This document shows, piece by piece, positions 36,101 to 50,510 of a DNA stretch of 64,000 bases. The stretch comes from Phoronis australis (lineage: Eukaryota; Animalia; Phoronida). The notes below the pieces were generated by a model. The model ran no database searches. It was not told the origin of the DNA and saw only the letters and a list, made by a program, of their open reading frames with translations. The position numbers and the translations under genes were made by a program. The stretch spans positions 140,809-204,808 of the forward strand of contig NMRA01000551.1 in the NCBI GenBank assembly GCA_002633005.1. Direction: 5' to 3'. The number at the start of each line of letters is the position of its first letter. The stretch's first letter is position 1.

Positions 36101-38249
36101 ACTTGGCAATATACTGAACCCAGGCACCATTACTCCAAATGGAGTTTATCACACAGATTCAAATTCTGTGTAAACCACTGGCATTTTGCTAGTACAATAA
36201 TGTAAACAGCTAACTGTTGGGGATAATTTCCCTTCACGGAAAACTCGCCCGTCTCGCTAAAACGCTGGGGCTTTCACTGGCGTCTTAACCTCTGAAAATA
36301 GACTATGTAGTTCATGAAATGGTCAGAATTAGTCTCAGTATTTCCATGTATCCCCATAGTGAAGCATTGATCTCAATTATTGAATTTGGGACAGCCAAAT
36401 ATTGTCCATTTCAAAACTCCAATACAGGCTCTGAGTAGAATACATTTTTACTGTCCCCCAACAGGAGATGTTTATGGTACTTGATAAGCCTTTTCCCAGG
36501 ATGACTCACAAAATAAAGCTATTATGTTTAGAAACAATTTCCTTGCCTGGTTGTGATTTGAACAACATAAACATAGTTCAACAATAGCATCAACGGCAGT
36601 CAATCAAAGTTTGACAATAGACAGCATGAGACAGGGATATGGCGCTTGGCAATTTTGTGGAAAAATCAATGTTTTGCATTGAAATATAACAAGTATATTA
36701 AGTGGTGCTGAAGGAGGGAACTGTCACTGCAACGAACTTTACACATGGAGGGTAGTTATCTCCACTTGTAACTACAGAACACATGTAGGGTAGTTATTTC
36801 CACTTGTAATTACAGAAAACATTAAAAAGCTAACGGTTTTGGCATTAATACAAGCCAGTAAACAGTTTTCAATACAGCGCACAAGATGGCGGTCATGTGT
36901 AATGTAATTTTGTCAAATTTATCAACAAAAATAAATGTTGATAAAACTTGATATTATCATTGGCATGATGAATAGTCATCAAAATCAAGTTTGCTCGGTT
37001 GGCTTAAAAATTACCTTAGTGGTACTACCTTTATGAAAAAAGTTAGAAAATAAAGTTCTGCCAGTCCGACATATTGTGTTCTAAATTGCCGAGCTTTAAA
37101 TATTTAGTTTACTCTTACACGTGACTCTTCGGGCATATGCCCCTAACCATTGTCTCACAAACTTATTATCAAGTCTGAACAAGCTGTCAAATATATAACT
37201 ACAAAAAATAACTAATTTAACTCAGTAAAAACGTGCATTTTCACAAAGAAGAAACCATGTAGAATTTGATTTTTGATTTAATACCAATGTGAGACTAATT
37301 AGGTTGCATAACCATGTTTTGGTAGTAAAGTTTAGCAGACAGTAAGGTGCATTGATAGCAAAACATCGGCATCATCAACATTACTATATAAATATTTAAG
37401 ATGAAATCTCGAAACACTGAACTATAGTTATAGTTTTCCAAGTTCAACTATTTGTTAACCCCTCATGCAAAACTGGAACATTTTAACAACAAGTCCTAAC
37501 AGCATTTTTGACAAATGTGCATAAAGCATAGTATCGGAGCATTTCATATGAATCTGATCAGCCAGTTGTGAGATAGGACATTCTAAGTTACCCAAATTTG
37601 ACCTCTTTTATAGGGTCCTACATCTAACCTTAAATGTCCCCGCTAAGCTGAATAAATGCGAGTTTCAGAATCTAAGCAGTGTGGTATTAAGCGAGATGAG
37701 TAGGTGGTCACAGTCCAGCCATGCACTTCAGTTACCATCAACTAGACACTTTTCTCACAGGCGTCAACTTCATTAGCAGACATTTAAAAGGAAAGCGGTT
37801 ATATCAGAACTTAACTTGGGCAAAGAAACTTAGAACGTACCAACTCTCACTCACTATATCATCTTAGCCTTCAATGGAGTCAGTAGCCAATCTAAGAAGT
37901 GAAAAAAGCAACTTGGCAGCACTTTGATTTCAGTTCTATACATAAATATGACATGCATGGATGAACAGTGGCAGTGTGAGAAACACAACAAATGTTTGTG
38001 TTGTGAGGGCATCAACCTGTACTTCAATGTAGTCATTAAGTGCTATTGATTTCTAATTAGAGCTACACCACAAAGTGGTCAGACACCAACAGATGTAGGC
38101 AAGAGCTCTACACACTGGTTAAACACAAGGAGAACTGGAGGATTACGTAACAAACAACACCAACTTTGGGATCACTATTGTACTACATCATTATACACAA
38201 ACAGGTGATTGAAACAACTGAGGTCATGCACTTACACCCTTATGTAACG

Positions 38250-38682
38250 GACCTGAAACCAGTTCTGTTGACCCAAGAATCTCCCAGACCCTGAAACCAG
38301 GGCCCGGTCTCCAATCTCCGTACTCAGACTCGAATCATGCTCAAACTCACACTTCATACTCAACTCGAGTACAGACTCAGCTTTGGTGTATTCAATGTCA
38401 TACTCGAAAAATCTGTACTCGAAATTTCGAGCACGTACTCAGTTTTCGAGTGTACTCGAACTGAAGTGTATCTCATCTATATTTCGAGTACGATTTTGAG
38501 TAAAAATTTGGAGTCTATGCTCAAATTTCAAGTTTGGTATGGCAGTGTGCTTGAAATCGTACTCGAAAATAAATACGAGCCAGAGAACAAAATATCGAAA
38601 NTCCCAGACCCTGAAACCAGTTCTGTCGACCAAAGAATCTCCCGGACCCTGAAACCAGTTCTGTTCACCCAAGAATCTCCCG
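38250..38682. repeat. ~38-bp tandem repeat interrupted by a TACTCGA-rich insert (38298-38620, possibly hAT-like MITE) and an N
   Basis: gaccctgaaaccagttctgttgacccaagaatctccc on both sides; insert begins CAGGG with many tactcga/tcgagta motifs. Confidence 0.55.
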
Positions 38683-40239
38683 AAGTATGCAAGTGTGATC
38701 ATGTGCTTACTTTCATGGCGATATCTCAGTTTTGCGTTTTTACGACATTCTAGTATTTATGGAGCGAACACCACAGTACAATCAGTTAAGCTAGTATCTA
38801 ACAAAACTTAAGAGATCGCACGAGTCTCAACAGGATAATGCTGCTCATAACAAGTGAATCACATGACCAAACTAGATTTCACCTGGAGATCCAACTATAA
38901 TGAATACCCCCCTCCTAACAGATTACTAAGGTAAAGGTACACAACTGTAACATAATCCAGTATAGCATGCAACCATCCAAATCAGTCTTGCTAAAACGAC
39001 AGGACCCGAGCACACTACACCAAAACAAACAAATACTTAAAACACGGTAATGAAAATGCACACAGTCATACATGGACCACTCACATTCATTTTATGTTAT
39101 AATTGTCTCCAGCCCACATAACTATAAATACAGAAACTATACAACACTTGTATGTCTCATGAATCCAATCAAAGGCTCTACAACCTGACCGTGACTCTCA
39201 GGCTGGGGTACACCATATGATTTATAATACTAACTATAAAAATGTGCCCACTGGCGCCATGTCCTACCTGAACTGTTCATACAAGCCCACGCATGTATAT
39301 ACCCTAACTCTCAGGACACACAGTTAGGGTTGACGTAACTGCTGATCTTTTAACCAAATACAAGCTCCCATGGCATTATACAAGACCAATCTTGTTTTCA
39401 GACTAAACATAAGTTTTCTAAGCAACAAATGATAATATTTCCCAACTACAACCTTTTATATATGAAAAACAACAGCCTGCATCAAACCTAGAGTGAAAGA
39501 AGATACCGCAAGTCTGGAAATTAACTGAAGAATGAGGCTGGCATTTAAGCTGTTTCATGGTACTAAAAGAAATAGAGATATGGCCTTGAAGCAAAATCCA
39601 TTCCTTTAATTTGCACAGGAGAGACTTTTCATTTAACTCCTGTTGCTCATACAGGAAACCAACATAACTATAAACGGCAGTGGGTTAAAATGAAAATTAC
39701 ATTTCCTTCTGTTTAAAAGTCCGAAAAACTAAAACCAAAAGTAGGCAATGTACCCCTACGGACAGTTTTGTAGAAACAGGAATCTAAGGAAGCCAGTATG
39801 ATAACGATCTTCGCTTGTAATACAAGGCAATATCTCGCGAAGTCTAGTGTGTTCTTACATGTCAGTGAGATTTTTGCCACCACGGAACACACGCGCCCAG
39901 AATCCAGCCCAGGTTACCTCTGTTTCTACAGTACGCTGAACCCATGCTGGTAGAATTTTTGGTTTCACCTTTGAGGAGCAAGCGGCTCAGACATGCAAAC
40001 TTTCAATTTTAGCAACGGAGATGATCCAAATATTATACAAACTACAGGGTTATTTTTGAAACAATAAATTATTAGATCAAATGACTAAACATGCTTTTAA
40101 CTATCAACTGTAATTGAGTTGTCAATGAAGTTTTAGTGGAATAATTAAAAACCATCATAGGCACATTTTAGGGAAGGCAGCATTGATATTTAGTATGAGC
40201 AAAATGTTGCTGCTGATGTGAACCATGATTTTAGTTCAA

Positions 40240-40535
40240 ACGACCACCTCATAAACAGACATCAACGACCACCTCCAGAAATAGACATCAACGACCACCT
40301 CCATGAACAGACATCAACGACCACCTCCATAAACAGACATCAACGACCACCTCCAGAAATAAACATTAACGACCACCTCCATAAACAGACATCAACGACC
40401 ACCTCCATAAACAGACATCAACGACCACCTCATAAAGAGACATCAACGACCACCTCATAAAGAGACATCAACGACCACCTCATAAAGAGACATCAACGAC
40501 CACCTTCATAAACAGACAATAAGGACCACCTTCAT
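40240..40535. repeat. 25-26-bp minisatellite ~x11
   Basis: aaacagacatcaacgaccacctccat. Confidence 0.95.
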
Positions 40536-43097
40536 GAGGCGCTTTCATATTGACTTAACTCCGGCCTGAGCGCAGTGTCGACGTATACAGCGCAGTTAAC
40601 TGGACCGTTCATACTGGCTTTGGTAGTTAATGAACTTCGAAGTAAACGGTAGGTGACCCTGTCATCAACAAATGTTTTAGCTATTTTGGCTAATACCTTT
40701 AAAAGTCTAGCGCGACTCCAGCTGTTAATAACTTGGTCTCATTTTAATGAAATCTGTAAGTTGACTAGAAGCTTGCATTTTTTGAAGAGTCTAGTGTTTT
40801 AAAAGGTGCGCCCTGGGGGGGACTGCATTGTTGCAATGTACGTGCGCCTTTTTACTTTTTACGTGCTAATGGCGCAAATACGCAGTCTAACAATATCCCT
40901 GTTCAAAGTACACTTTTCCTAGCCACGAACAGGTGCACGACCTTTCATAAAACAGACCTTGGTAGGCATTTTAGCGAGGCAAAAATTTGAACTGCAGACA
41001 TCAAAGATCTCACCAATGTCGGACAAAAATTTTTGCCAAAAATCCCACCGTTCATTCTTCAAAAACCTAATGTTATTGGAGATCATATAATTTTATAATT
41101 CCAGCATATCTTTGCATTGATTTATCCAACCAGCTCGGGGCAACAAAAAGTTTGCGATGTTTCTACTTTCACTGTTGCAACAAAACACACCTGGATTTTA
41201 TAAGAATCATCCTCGGTTCTATTCACAACCTTTCAAAAATAGGCAAACTCAAATTCTACAAATCTGCCATTTAATAACACAACTTCAATATCCGCAACAG
41301 AAATACTCTCGTCATTTATGATCTACCCCATGTTGTTTGATCCCATGTCGTATGCAAATTAGTGTCATTCAATAGTCCAAGTTAATGAGACTCTCAATAG
41401 TGTAGTTCCCATGTGCTTTGAAATATCCCAGAAATATTTTTAGAAAAAATAAACAGAATAAATTCCACGAACAGTCATGTCCCCAACAGATTCATGAATA
41501 CCGGAAAGTTGTGTTGCCCCTATTGGCAGACACTGACACTACATAGTGTGATAGTGCGCCAGCACCAGCCGTTTTATGAAACAGATAACGATCAGAATTT
41601 TTACTGAAGCAACAAACCATGTAGGTCATGATTAATTTCTCTCCCCACTGCCACCGCTATCGTATTAATACAACAAAGTTTGGCAAATACACAATAATTT
41701 TTCTTTGTTTCTTAAATTTTCTTGAAAAATACACAAACCATTTCTACCAATTTTCACAAGCAAACAGCCCACATGGGGTCCAAAGACATGACTGGTTTCC
41801 CACATAACATGCAACAGGCTCATGAATTAAACATGGCGCCACCAGGTTAATCATTGTTGGTAACAATTGCCAACAGACTTCGCGAGTCAAACCATTTCAA
41901 AGGTAATATTTTGATACAAAATTTAGGCCAAATTGTGATCCACAAAGTTTCTACCTATAGTCTCCTGTTCATGAATACATATTTACAGATAGAGCATTCC
42001 TCTAAAGGCTATGAATAAGGGCAAAGTACCATGAACAATCTTTGTAGGAACATTTAGATAAGAACTAACAGGTTGATTATATAATAAAGAACTCTTATCA
42101 ACAACAGGTCACTAGAGAGATAAACAAAATCTAATTCAAATTACATAATAAAATTAAAATTTGACTTCCAACTCTCACAGAAAAGCAGTATTGTAGTTTT
42201 ACATACATTATCACCCCAATTGATAAATCAAAGGCATATTGTAAAACTATCAAGATAAGTTTTAAAATATTGTTTAATCACTTGTAGTAATTATAACAAA
42301 ATACTGTGGCAATGTAATGTACCCTTAGGATAATGAAACAAGGATAGAAAATGTTGTTTCAGATGCTGGCACCCAATCAATAGTTCATTATTAATCAACA
42401 GACCATGTACATAGGCACCATTTCAGGATGTACTCTGAAGTATCAAGCGCATCATAATACAGCATCACCATAGACTTTGATAGTTGCAGTGGGTTTGGCC
42501 GGAGTAATTTATGGAAGTTATCAAGAGTTTGAAAACACTGAATTTTTCAACTGCGTGAAGTATTGCTCTCTGGCAGGATGAACAGCTCTGCGGAATCGTC
42601 AGGTGGGGCTGGTTAGTTCGTGTCTCAGGCACAGACAAGTTGCTGCCCAAGCCTGTAATCTCCACTTCTCTCTGCATTATATGTGAACCTGATGTAGAAA
42701 AGACAAGACCACAACACTGGCACCAACCTGCAAAATGGTGGAGTCAACCTCAACAAAAAACAGTCAAGTGTTATCAGCAAGGTCACAGTCACAAACACAC
42801 ATACACACACATGGTGTGGAGAGCTCAGATAGAAGATGGCAAGCCCAAAAGGGTTGCACACTCCCTGGGACCTTAGTACAGAAGAGGTCTATGGTGTGTG
42901 TGCTCAGGATATGTTCTAAAATTTCTATTCTTTTTCTATAGATACGTGTAGGCTTTTCTTTTAAAAGTCTGGATCCTGTTGGCGATCAGTGCTTCAATTA
43001 CTGAAAAGGGCTTTTACCTAGTGCAAATAAATCAATACTGCTACTAATATTTTCACAACCACATGGCAAAGTTTGGAAACCTGTAGGTTGGTTTGGT

Positions 43098-43389
43098 GGT
43101 GCAAAAAAAAACAAGAGGATAGTGTCATCTCATTAATAGATGCCTATGAGCCACGTTTCATGAAAATCTGTTGAGGACCTTTGAGGTAAATGTAAAACAT
43201 AAAAATTACTACTAGGGGGCACACAGGTGGTCGGATCCGGCCGAAATTCGTCGTCATCTGTCATCATCTTCATAGAAACACATCCGCGAAATCTCATCAA
43301 GATACTGTGAGCTGTTTAGGAGATACAGCTGCGGAGGCCGGTTGCCCGGACATACAGAGATGATGGCAATGATGCACCCACATATAAAT
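43098..43389 (+). mobile_element. Truncated copy of the 28295-29899 element
   Basis: gaggatagtgtcatctc..aatagatgcc..atgaaaatctgttgaggacctttga..actagggggcac..ccacatataaat. Confidence 0.75.
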
Positions 43390-44448
43390 CACTTGATTCT
43401 AAATTGTTGTTAATAATATTAGCTCATATGAAATACTATATGGCATGCAGTTTGCCTAGAAATGCACATTCACAGCACAGTTGAAGCCAGAGTGGTTGTA
43501 TAAGACATAACCCACACCACTCCTTCTGTTCTGTCACAATATTGTGATTCGATTAGATTTGATTTCACAGGGGTAATCAAAACTTGTTCAACAGAGAGGT
43601 TACCTCACTTGCTCCTGAGTGATCACAGGGACTATCATTCAAAACCAACAGACAAACCTTGTGAATACAGTCATCTTAAAAAGGTCTAGTTTACGAAAGT
43701 GAAATATTAATTTTCCTCAAGGTCGGCTTGTGCCAATTTCTAGAAGTAGGCAATAATGAACACCTCAAATTGAGCTCAATGGCACAAGAATAAAACAGAA
43801 GATTGAATTTCCCAATAAATATTACCACAAATCAACCTTAACCACATTCCACCACCAAAGGTAAAACTGTCTCAACAGTTCAAATGATACAGTAAAACAT
43901 CACCAATTACATACAAAAATATTTTATCAATTTCAAGGCCCTCTTAAACTGTTGAGTGCTCAGAAGTTCTCAAAATTTTGCATGATGGAAGATACCATAC
44001 AAAACTTGAATATAAAACATTAATTTAGTGCTATCTATATCATAGATGAAAAATTTGAAAATAAAATTTCATTTACTGGCCATACTGTATCAATGACTTG
44101 TAAATTTTTATGGTACATTTTCAACTGTCTACAAATAAAACAGAGCTGTCATTCAACAAGATTCAATTTCTCACACTGGGTTAGAACACAAATGTGTTTA
44201 TTTAATGACTAATCGATGGTGTACTGGGATAATCCAGACAGCAAAACACAAAAACTTTAATGCAGATAACATTTCTGATGCCATGCGACATTCTCAGAAA
44301 TGATGTTCAACCAACACAACTACTCCAAAGAAGTAAGCCAGCCTAAATACTCAAACCATTAACTGGTTGACACATAGAGGTTTCCAATATTTCCAAGAAT
44401 CGGAATGACAGCTTAAATCCCAGTAGCTAAAAATTCCAAATAGAGCGC

Positions 44449-45722
44449 TCTTGGTGAAATTAAGCGAAAAGACAACGATGGGGAGGACGACAATGACGAT
44501 CATGACGATGAAGGCAACGATTATGAACAAGACGATAACATTCATGTGACTAGCGAAGAAATGAGTAAGAAATAGGCTGCAGTTTTGTTCAATAGCCGGT
44601 AAAGTGACAACAGTGCGAGAGCGCTCGGAGGAGCAACACTTGGTGAAATTAAGCGAAAAGATGACGATGGGGAGGACGGCAACGATGACAATCATGACGA
44701 TGAAGGCTGCGATTATGAACAAGACGATTACATTCGTGACTAGTTAAGAAATCAGTAATAGGCTGCAGTCTTGTTCAGTAGCTGGTAAAGTGACAACAGT
44801 GCAGCCCAATCGGTCAACAAAGGAACAGCGTATTCAAACAATCTCGAATAATTCTGCCAAGTAACAAAAGAACAGCGTTATCAGAAAATCTTGAATAATT
44901 CGAAAAGTAGAGGTCCTAGTGAAAAATGAAAAATATCTTGTGAAAGTCCATTTAAAACTCTATCAAACTGTACAGATTTTGGATCGGTAAATATACATGG
45001 CAAAAAATATTCCGGCACACAAAACTATTACCACAAAAACACGAAATTTGACAATTTCCTCCCCTAGATTACTAATTCAATGCAAGTGCTAAAAAAATCT
45101 GACTACAGATTCAGAATGCTCCTCCTGTCTAGATTTTAACTATGTGGTCATAGTAAGCCCCTTACAAGCTACTTTTTTGGCAAATTTGATCTGTCTGACA
45201 GCCACCTGAAATCGCACCTGGTTTCTCGGACAGCAAATGGCAAGGGTTGATAGCAAATGACAGCCAAGAGTTTACATCAAAAGTAGGTAAAAACTAGGCT
45301 ATTCTTATTCAAAAACACAAGTAAATCAGTTTCCAAGCAATTGTTATCAACTAATTCCTCAAACCACCCGCCAAACCCGACACACGCCCTCAACATAAAT
45401 TCTACGGACTAGAAAATGCCCCTTGGCCGCGACCTAACGGTTCAGTGATACCTACAGTCTTTAGTGACACTAGACGAAACTAACGATGATGATGATTGTG
45501 ATGATGAATGTGGCGATTATGAACAACACGATGACTAGCGAAGATGTCAGAAATGAGTAAGAAATAGGCTACTGTCATGTTCAATAGAAGCTAAACCAAC
45601 ATCAGTGCACGAAGACCGGTCAACAAAGGAACAGCACTATCAGAAAATCTCGAATAATTCAAGAAGTAGACGCCCTAGCGAAAAATTAAAAAATATCTTC
45701 TGAAAGCCCGTTTAAAATTCTA
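44449..45722. repeat. 190-bp tandem duplication (44449/44639) plus a related partial copy at ~45480-45722
   Basis: cttggtgaaattaagcgaaaaga..acgatggggaggacg; cgattatgaacaa; ggtcaacaaaggaacagc; aaatatctt.tgaaag recurring. Confidence 0.8.
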
Positions 45723-48700
45723 TGTAATGTAGCAGTTTTGCAAAATTCCGTAACCTTTTAGAAAAAATCGAAATTTTGCGGTTTTTTTTTGAAATTCCAA
45801 GTCAAATAACTCGAAAAACGTTATCACATAACTTTTGAAAGAGCATACTTCAAGGAATCCACATGCAAAAATTCATGTCATTTGCTCTTACCGTTCAAAA
45901 TACAACTGCAGAACGATTGAAAATGGGTGAAAATGCGACAGAGCGCCATCCTGAAAGTGACTTCCGGTTTAACAAAATTTTATAATAGCCAATTAAAAGC
46001 AATGAATAGGTGACGAGTTCGAAAACGATTGGTTCGCCAATGCGCCCTGTACAGGAGAAAACGTTTTCAACCAGATATAGAGGTGCGCATGTGCCATTGC
46101 CGATATTTCCGCCATCTTTGACCGGAAGTTAACGATTTACAGCGCAGTTGTAGTACTTGTGTGGTATAATAATCGTACAAACTTTCAGCCTTGTGCATCG
46201 AAAATGCGGCCTCTATGATTTGAATCAGAATCTGGAAACAAAATGGCCGCCATGTCCGCCAATTTGAATCCGATCATGACCAAAAACAATAGGCTTCCAG
46301 GACTTTCAGATCTACACGTAATGTGCGAATTTCGTGCGGATTGGACGAAAATTGCGACGACAGACCAACATACTTGTCGGAATTCAAAGAATTTCGTCAA
46401 GTAAATAGCTGGATTTGAAAGTAGTGTTCCCACGAACAACTTGCCTTAAGTCCCGTCCACACACAGCCGACCCTAAAACAACTTGCACGAGTGCAACTTA
46501 CTTCCCTTTTAAGTGAAGCATTCACACACACGTATCCCATAACTAGGGTAAGGTGGAAGATGTCGCTCTGTGCGTGACAATGAACACCTAACGTGAGTAT
46601 GGCGTGCAAAAAAAAATCCGGCTGTATATAACTACAGCTGATTACCGTACTTCTGCCTCGCCCCAGGTTTGCGCCCACACAGCGATTAGAAGTGGCACAA
46701 GTTACCATTGAACAAATTAGCCTACCTCGATAAGGTGGAGTGAGTGGTCACAAGTAGGGCACAATTTGCACTAGTTTAATTAGCGTCCAGACCATACTCA
46801 AACCTAGCGTCAATTCATTCCAGGGTAAGTCTGTGTGCATGCCACTTTCGATCATCTTGCCTCTTCTCATCAGTCCGCACTACACAACCCTACACCATGC
46901 AACTGATTAGACATCACTATTTGAGTAACTCAACAAGTGCACAGCTGATTGCAGGTTTGCATCCATATTACAACTTGAGTTGAGGAAAGTTACCTTGGAA
47001 GAAGTTACCCAACCTGGATAAGGTGGTAAGTTGTCACACCTGTCCAGTTGCCCTACCTGGATAAGGTGGGTAAGAGCACTAGAGGTTATCACACTAACAG
47101 CAAGTTATTTATTATTGTAAAACATACATTTGCCAATTTACAGCTATGTACGCATAATGTTTTCATAGTGCCACCTAGCAAAAACACTGGTGACCATTTC
47201 ACAACTTAGTGATAACTTAAATGCTGGATAAGTTTCAAAGCTTGTGCGAAAACTTGACAAGTAAAAACTTTGAAGTGCATTATGATGTCACTTAAGATTT
47301 TAACTCCAAATTTAACACACATACAGGCAATATTTTAACTACATTTTCCTTTTTATAGTGCCACAACTACAGAGTTCAAGCCAGATCAAAGCCAATGATC
47401 ACCTGTAGACATTTAAAATTTGTGGTGTCACACTATGCAGAATCACTTGTTACCAGCTGTCCTGGTGGCCTTTTAACATTGCCAATGTGGGGGGCCAGAA
47501 ACTAAGGGATAGTATAACCAGCAGAAATAACACACAAATATGAATTCCAATCTCAAGACATAACAAATCAATCAGTGGTGATGACATAGGTTCAACTAAC
47601 AGGCCAACACAGCTGGTCAAGTACAAATTCTTCAACAACAACAAAATACAGAAACAGCCAAATTTTAAAGAACACAAGACCAGTCCACCTATTCCTTAAA
47701 TTTTCTAGGCCCTTACAAAACATTCACCAAATACAGTGATTCTCCACTTATTTTGCGCAAAAACAGTTGCTAAAATTGTCATTTTTACACCATTCAATGA
47801 CTGACTTACCTTCCTGTGAATGACAGAAACTTTATCAAACATCTTTTATGTCATTTACACAGCACAAACTGCGGCGGCAATAAAGCACTAAAATTCTAAC
47901 AACTCCGGCTTTCTGGATAATTTCACGAAATAAAACTTGACACGTGTGCCACATTGTGTGCTAAAGAGGCGAAGACTGCGGCAATTACATTAGAATGCTA
48001 CAACCTGGTGATGTTGTAACACAGCCAATTAACACAACTAGCGAACACCTAGACAACTGTCAAGAAAATTCCAAGCCTGGCAACCCTTTCAGTAAAACTC
48101 GTCATGACATGCTTTCAACCTCAATTCACTGAAAACACCTGTAACTATTCAAATGATGAACACATTCTCACCTTGATGACCTACAAGACTTTCCCTAATC
48201 CACAATATGAGTCAATCAACTTCCACTCCAGACAGCCTCTTTTCTCCAGTACCTGAACAGTATACCTTAAACTTAGTGACCACCTGGGACAGGTAAGGCC
48301 TTCATCTCAGGACTCAGGTATGAATACACAAGTTGCAACAAGTCAGGTACACATTCTCACAATGAGCACCCCTGTGTGTGCTTGTGTGATTAGTGAATTA
48401 CTGAACTGAGAATGAGGATGGTTGAATAGGTCAGTCCATTATGCCAGAGGGGTAATAGTCCCTGCAATGGATGAGTCCATCTGAATACACAAGAACAGCA
48501 CGAGAGAGACTGAAGACCCAGTTCCACACAATGTGCTGCATGTTGAAATTCATCTTGAGAAATAAGAACTCGTCATGAGTAAACACAATCAAAAAGTGAT
48601 AAAAGAGTAAAAAACTGGGTACTAAAACTTACAAAACATTCTTAGACGACCTTAGAAACTGAAACTATGATGAATTGTCAAGATATCTAAGAAATAGATG

Positions 48701-50104
48701 TGGAAAGTGTGAAAACCTGAGTACAAATACATCACAAGCCACGCTTATCAAGAGGGCAGTTTCAAAATGATCTGACGACTGTTGTGCAATAATTTTCACG
48801 ACTTAGTGTCCTAAAAGATGTAGTGTATTCACTTACAGAGTAAGGTATAGGAGTTCTGCATTTTTAGAACCAGTTTTCTCCACTGAATATCAAGCAGAAC
48901 TGGTTCTTGAAATCCAGCCCCCCCTGTAAATGACTATGGAATGCACTAAGAATCTCTAACATCTTGGAATGTGTGTGCAAATTGATACCAAACCACAAAC
49001 AAAATAAGGGAAACAGAGAAAAAAGTAAAAGATGGCATTTAAAATTTCAATTTATCAATCAGTAGGCAAGTACTAAAATTATAATCCATGTTAAATTCAA
49101 CGACAGCGTGTTTGGTGAACAAGTGTCATCACTTCTGATGTAAATAATTACGTGCAACAAGACAAAATCAGTTTTAAGAAAATCACTCATGACAAAATCG
49201 TTACAAATTTCAAACTCGCAGGTTCCCACATCGTGTGTCAGAGACTGGTTGAAATGCAAATATATCTCTACAAAAATCAGAGCTTAGAAAGCCCGGGTGA
49301 CCCACTCAAAACAGGCATAGCCTCCTTCAAATATTTCAGGCTTTCCAAGGACTTCTTTCAATGGCGTAGGAAGTTTTTGTTTCGTGGGGGGCAAAGAAAA
49401 GGAGAGCACCTCGCAAAGCCCCTCCCCAATTGCCACCAATTTCACCCCATGGTCGACATCAGTGCATCAATACCTTCCTCACAGTCAACACCAATTTCAC
49501 CCCCTCCCCAGTCATCATCAATACCTCGATTCTTTCTGTTTTTACCAGTAATCAGTTGCTGAAGCAAATGAAGTATAGATGAGGTGGACGCATCTCTACA
49601 AAACAACTCAAACTGCCAAGTCGCAAATAAAGTATAAAAATCTAATATAGTCTTCTACTCAAAGCAAACATGTAGCAAATTCAGGTAACTACATAATCTT
49701 CTGCTTGTCTCCACCAGCTTACCGATGTAATATTTATAAGGAGTTTCTTAATCAAATCAATAACTCAAAGTTTACGGAGGTCACAATTGACCCACACAAG
49801 TGGGATAAACAAACAAGTGTATCCACATATGAACTAAGAGGAAGGCGAAATCAATGCAGCTCAAATAGTTCTCGTATCAAAATAAAGTTTTGCAGTCAAC
49901 CAGACATTTCCGCATGAGACCAAGTCCATGACTGAACAGGATGGTGTCTCCCTTCAAGACTGAGTGATACGGAAGGGACATCCATGAGAGGGGAATAGCG
50001 TACTTGAGAGAAGAGCAATTTCCACAACAAATGAGTCTGCAAACGAGAGTATGAACGAGGTATTACTGACAAACAGTTCACTAAACCTCCTCTAGTAACA
50101 AGTT

Positions 50105-50510
50105 GACACTTATCCATAGAAGCAAAATGCCAGTAATTTGAAAGGTTGCAAGAGTTACTATTGCTGGTGTTTTGAATCACCCCAACACTGCTGGTGTTTT
50201 GAATCACCCCAACACTGCTGGTGTTTTGAATCATCCCAACACTGCTGGTGTTTTGAATCATCCCAACACTGCTGGTGTTTTGAATCACCCCAACACTGCT
50301 GGTGTTTTGAATCATCCCAACACTGCTGGTGTTTTGAATCATCCCAACACTGCTGGTGNGACACTTATCCATAGAAGCAAAATGCCAGTAATTTGAAAGG
50401 TTGCAAGAGTTACTATTGCTGGTGTTTTGAATCATCACAACACTGCTGGTGTTTTGAATCATCCCAACACTGCTGGTGTTTTGAATCACCTCAACACTGC
50501 TGGTGTTTTC
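50105..50510. repeat. 27-bp minisatellite with duplicated flank at an N junction (50359)
   Basis: tgctggtgttttgaatca(t/c)cccaacac; gacacttatccatagaagc... repeated after the N. Confidence 0.9.

Noticed and set aside
42465-42941. Cluster of overlapping ORFs as an additional POMGNT1 exon
   Set aside because: No similarity to POMGNT1 or any family I recognise, and the CDS is already complete with an upstream in-frame stop.
44351-44722. Hydrophobic 123-aa ORF as a membrane protein
   Set aside because: It is the antisense reading of a GAC/GAT-rich 190-bp duplicated repeat, with a non-ATG start.
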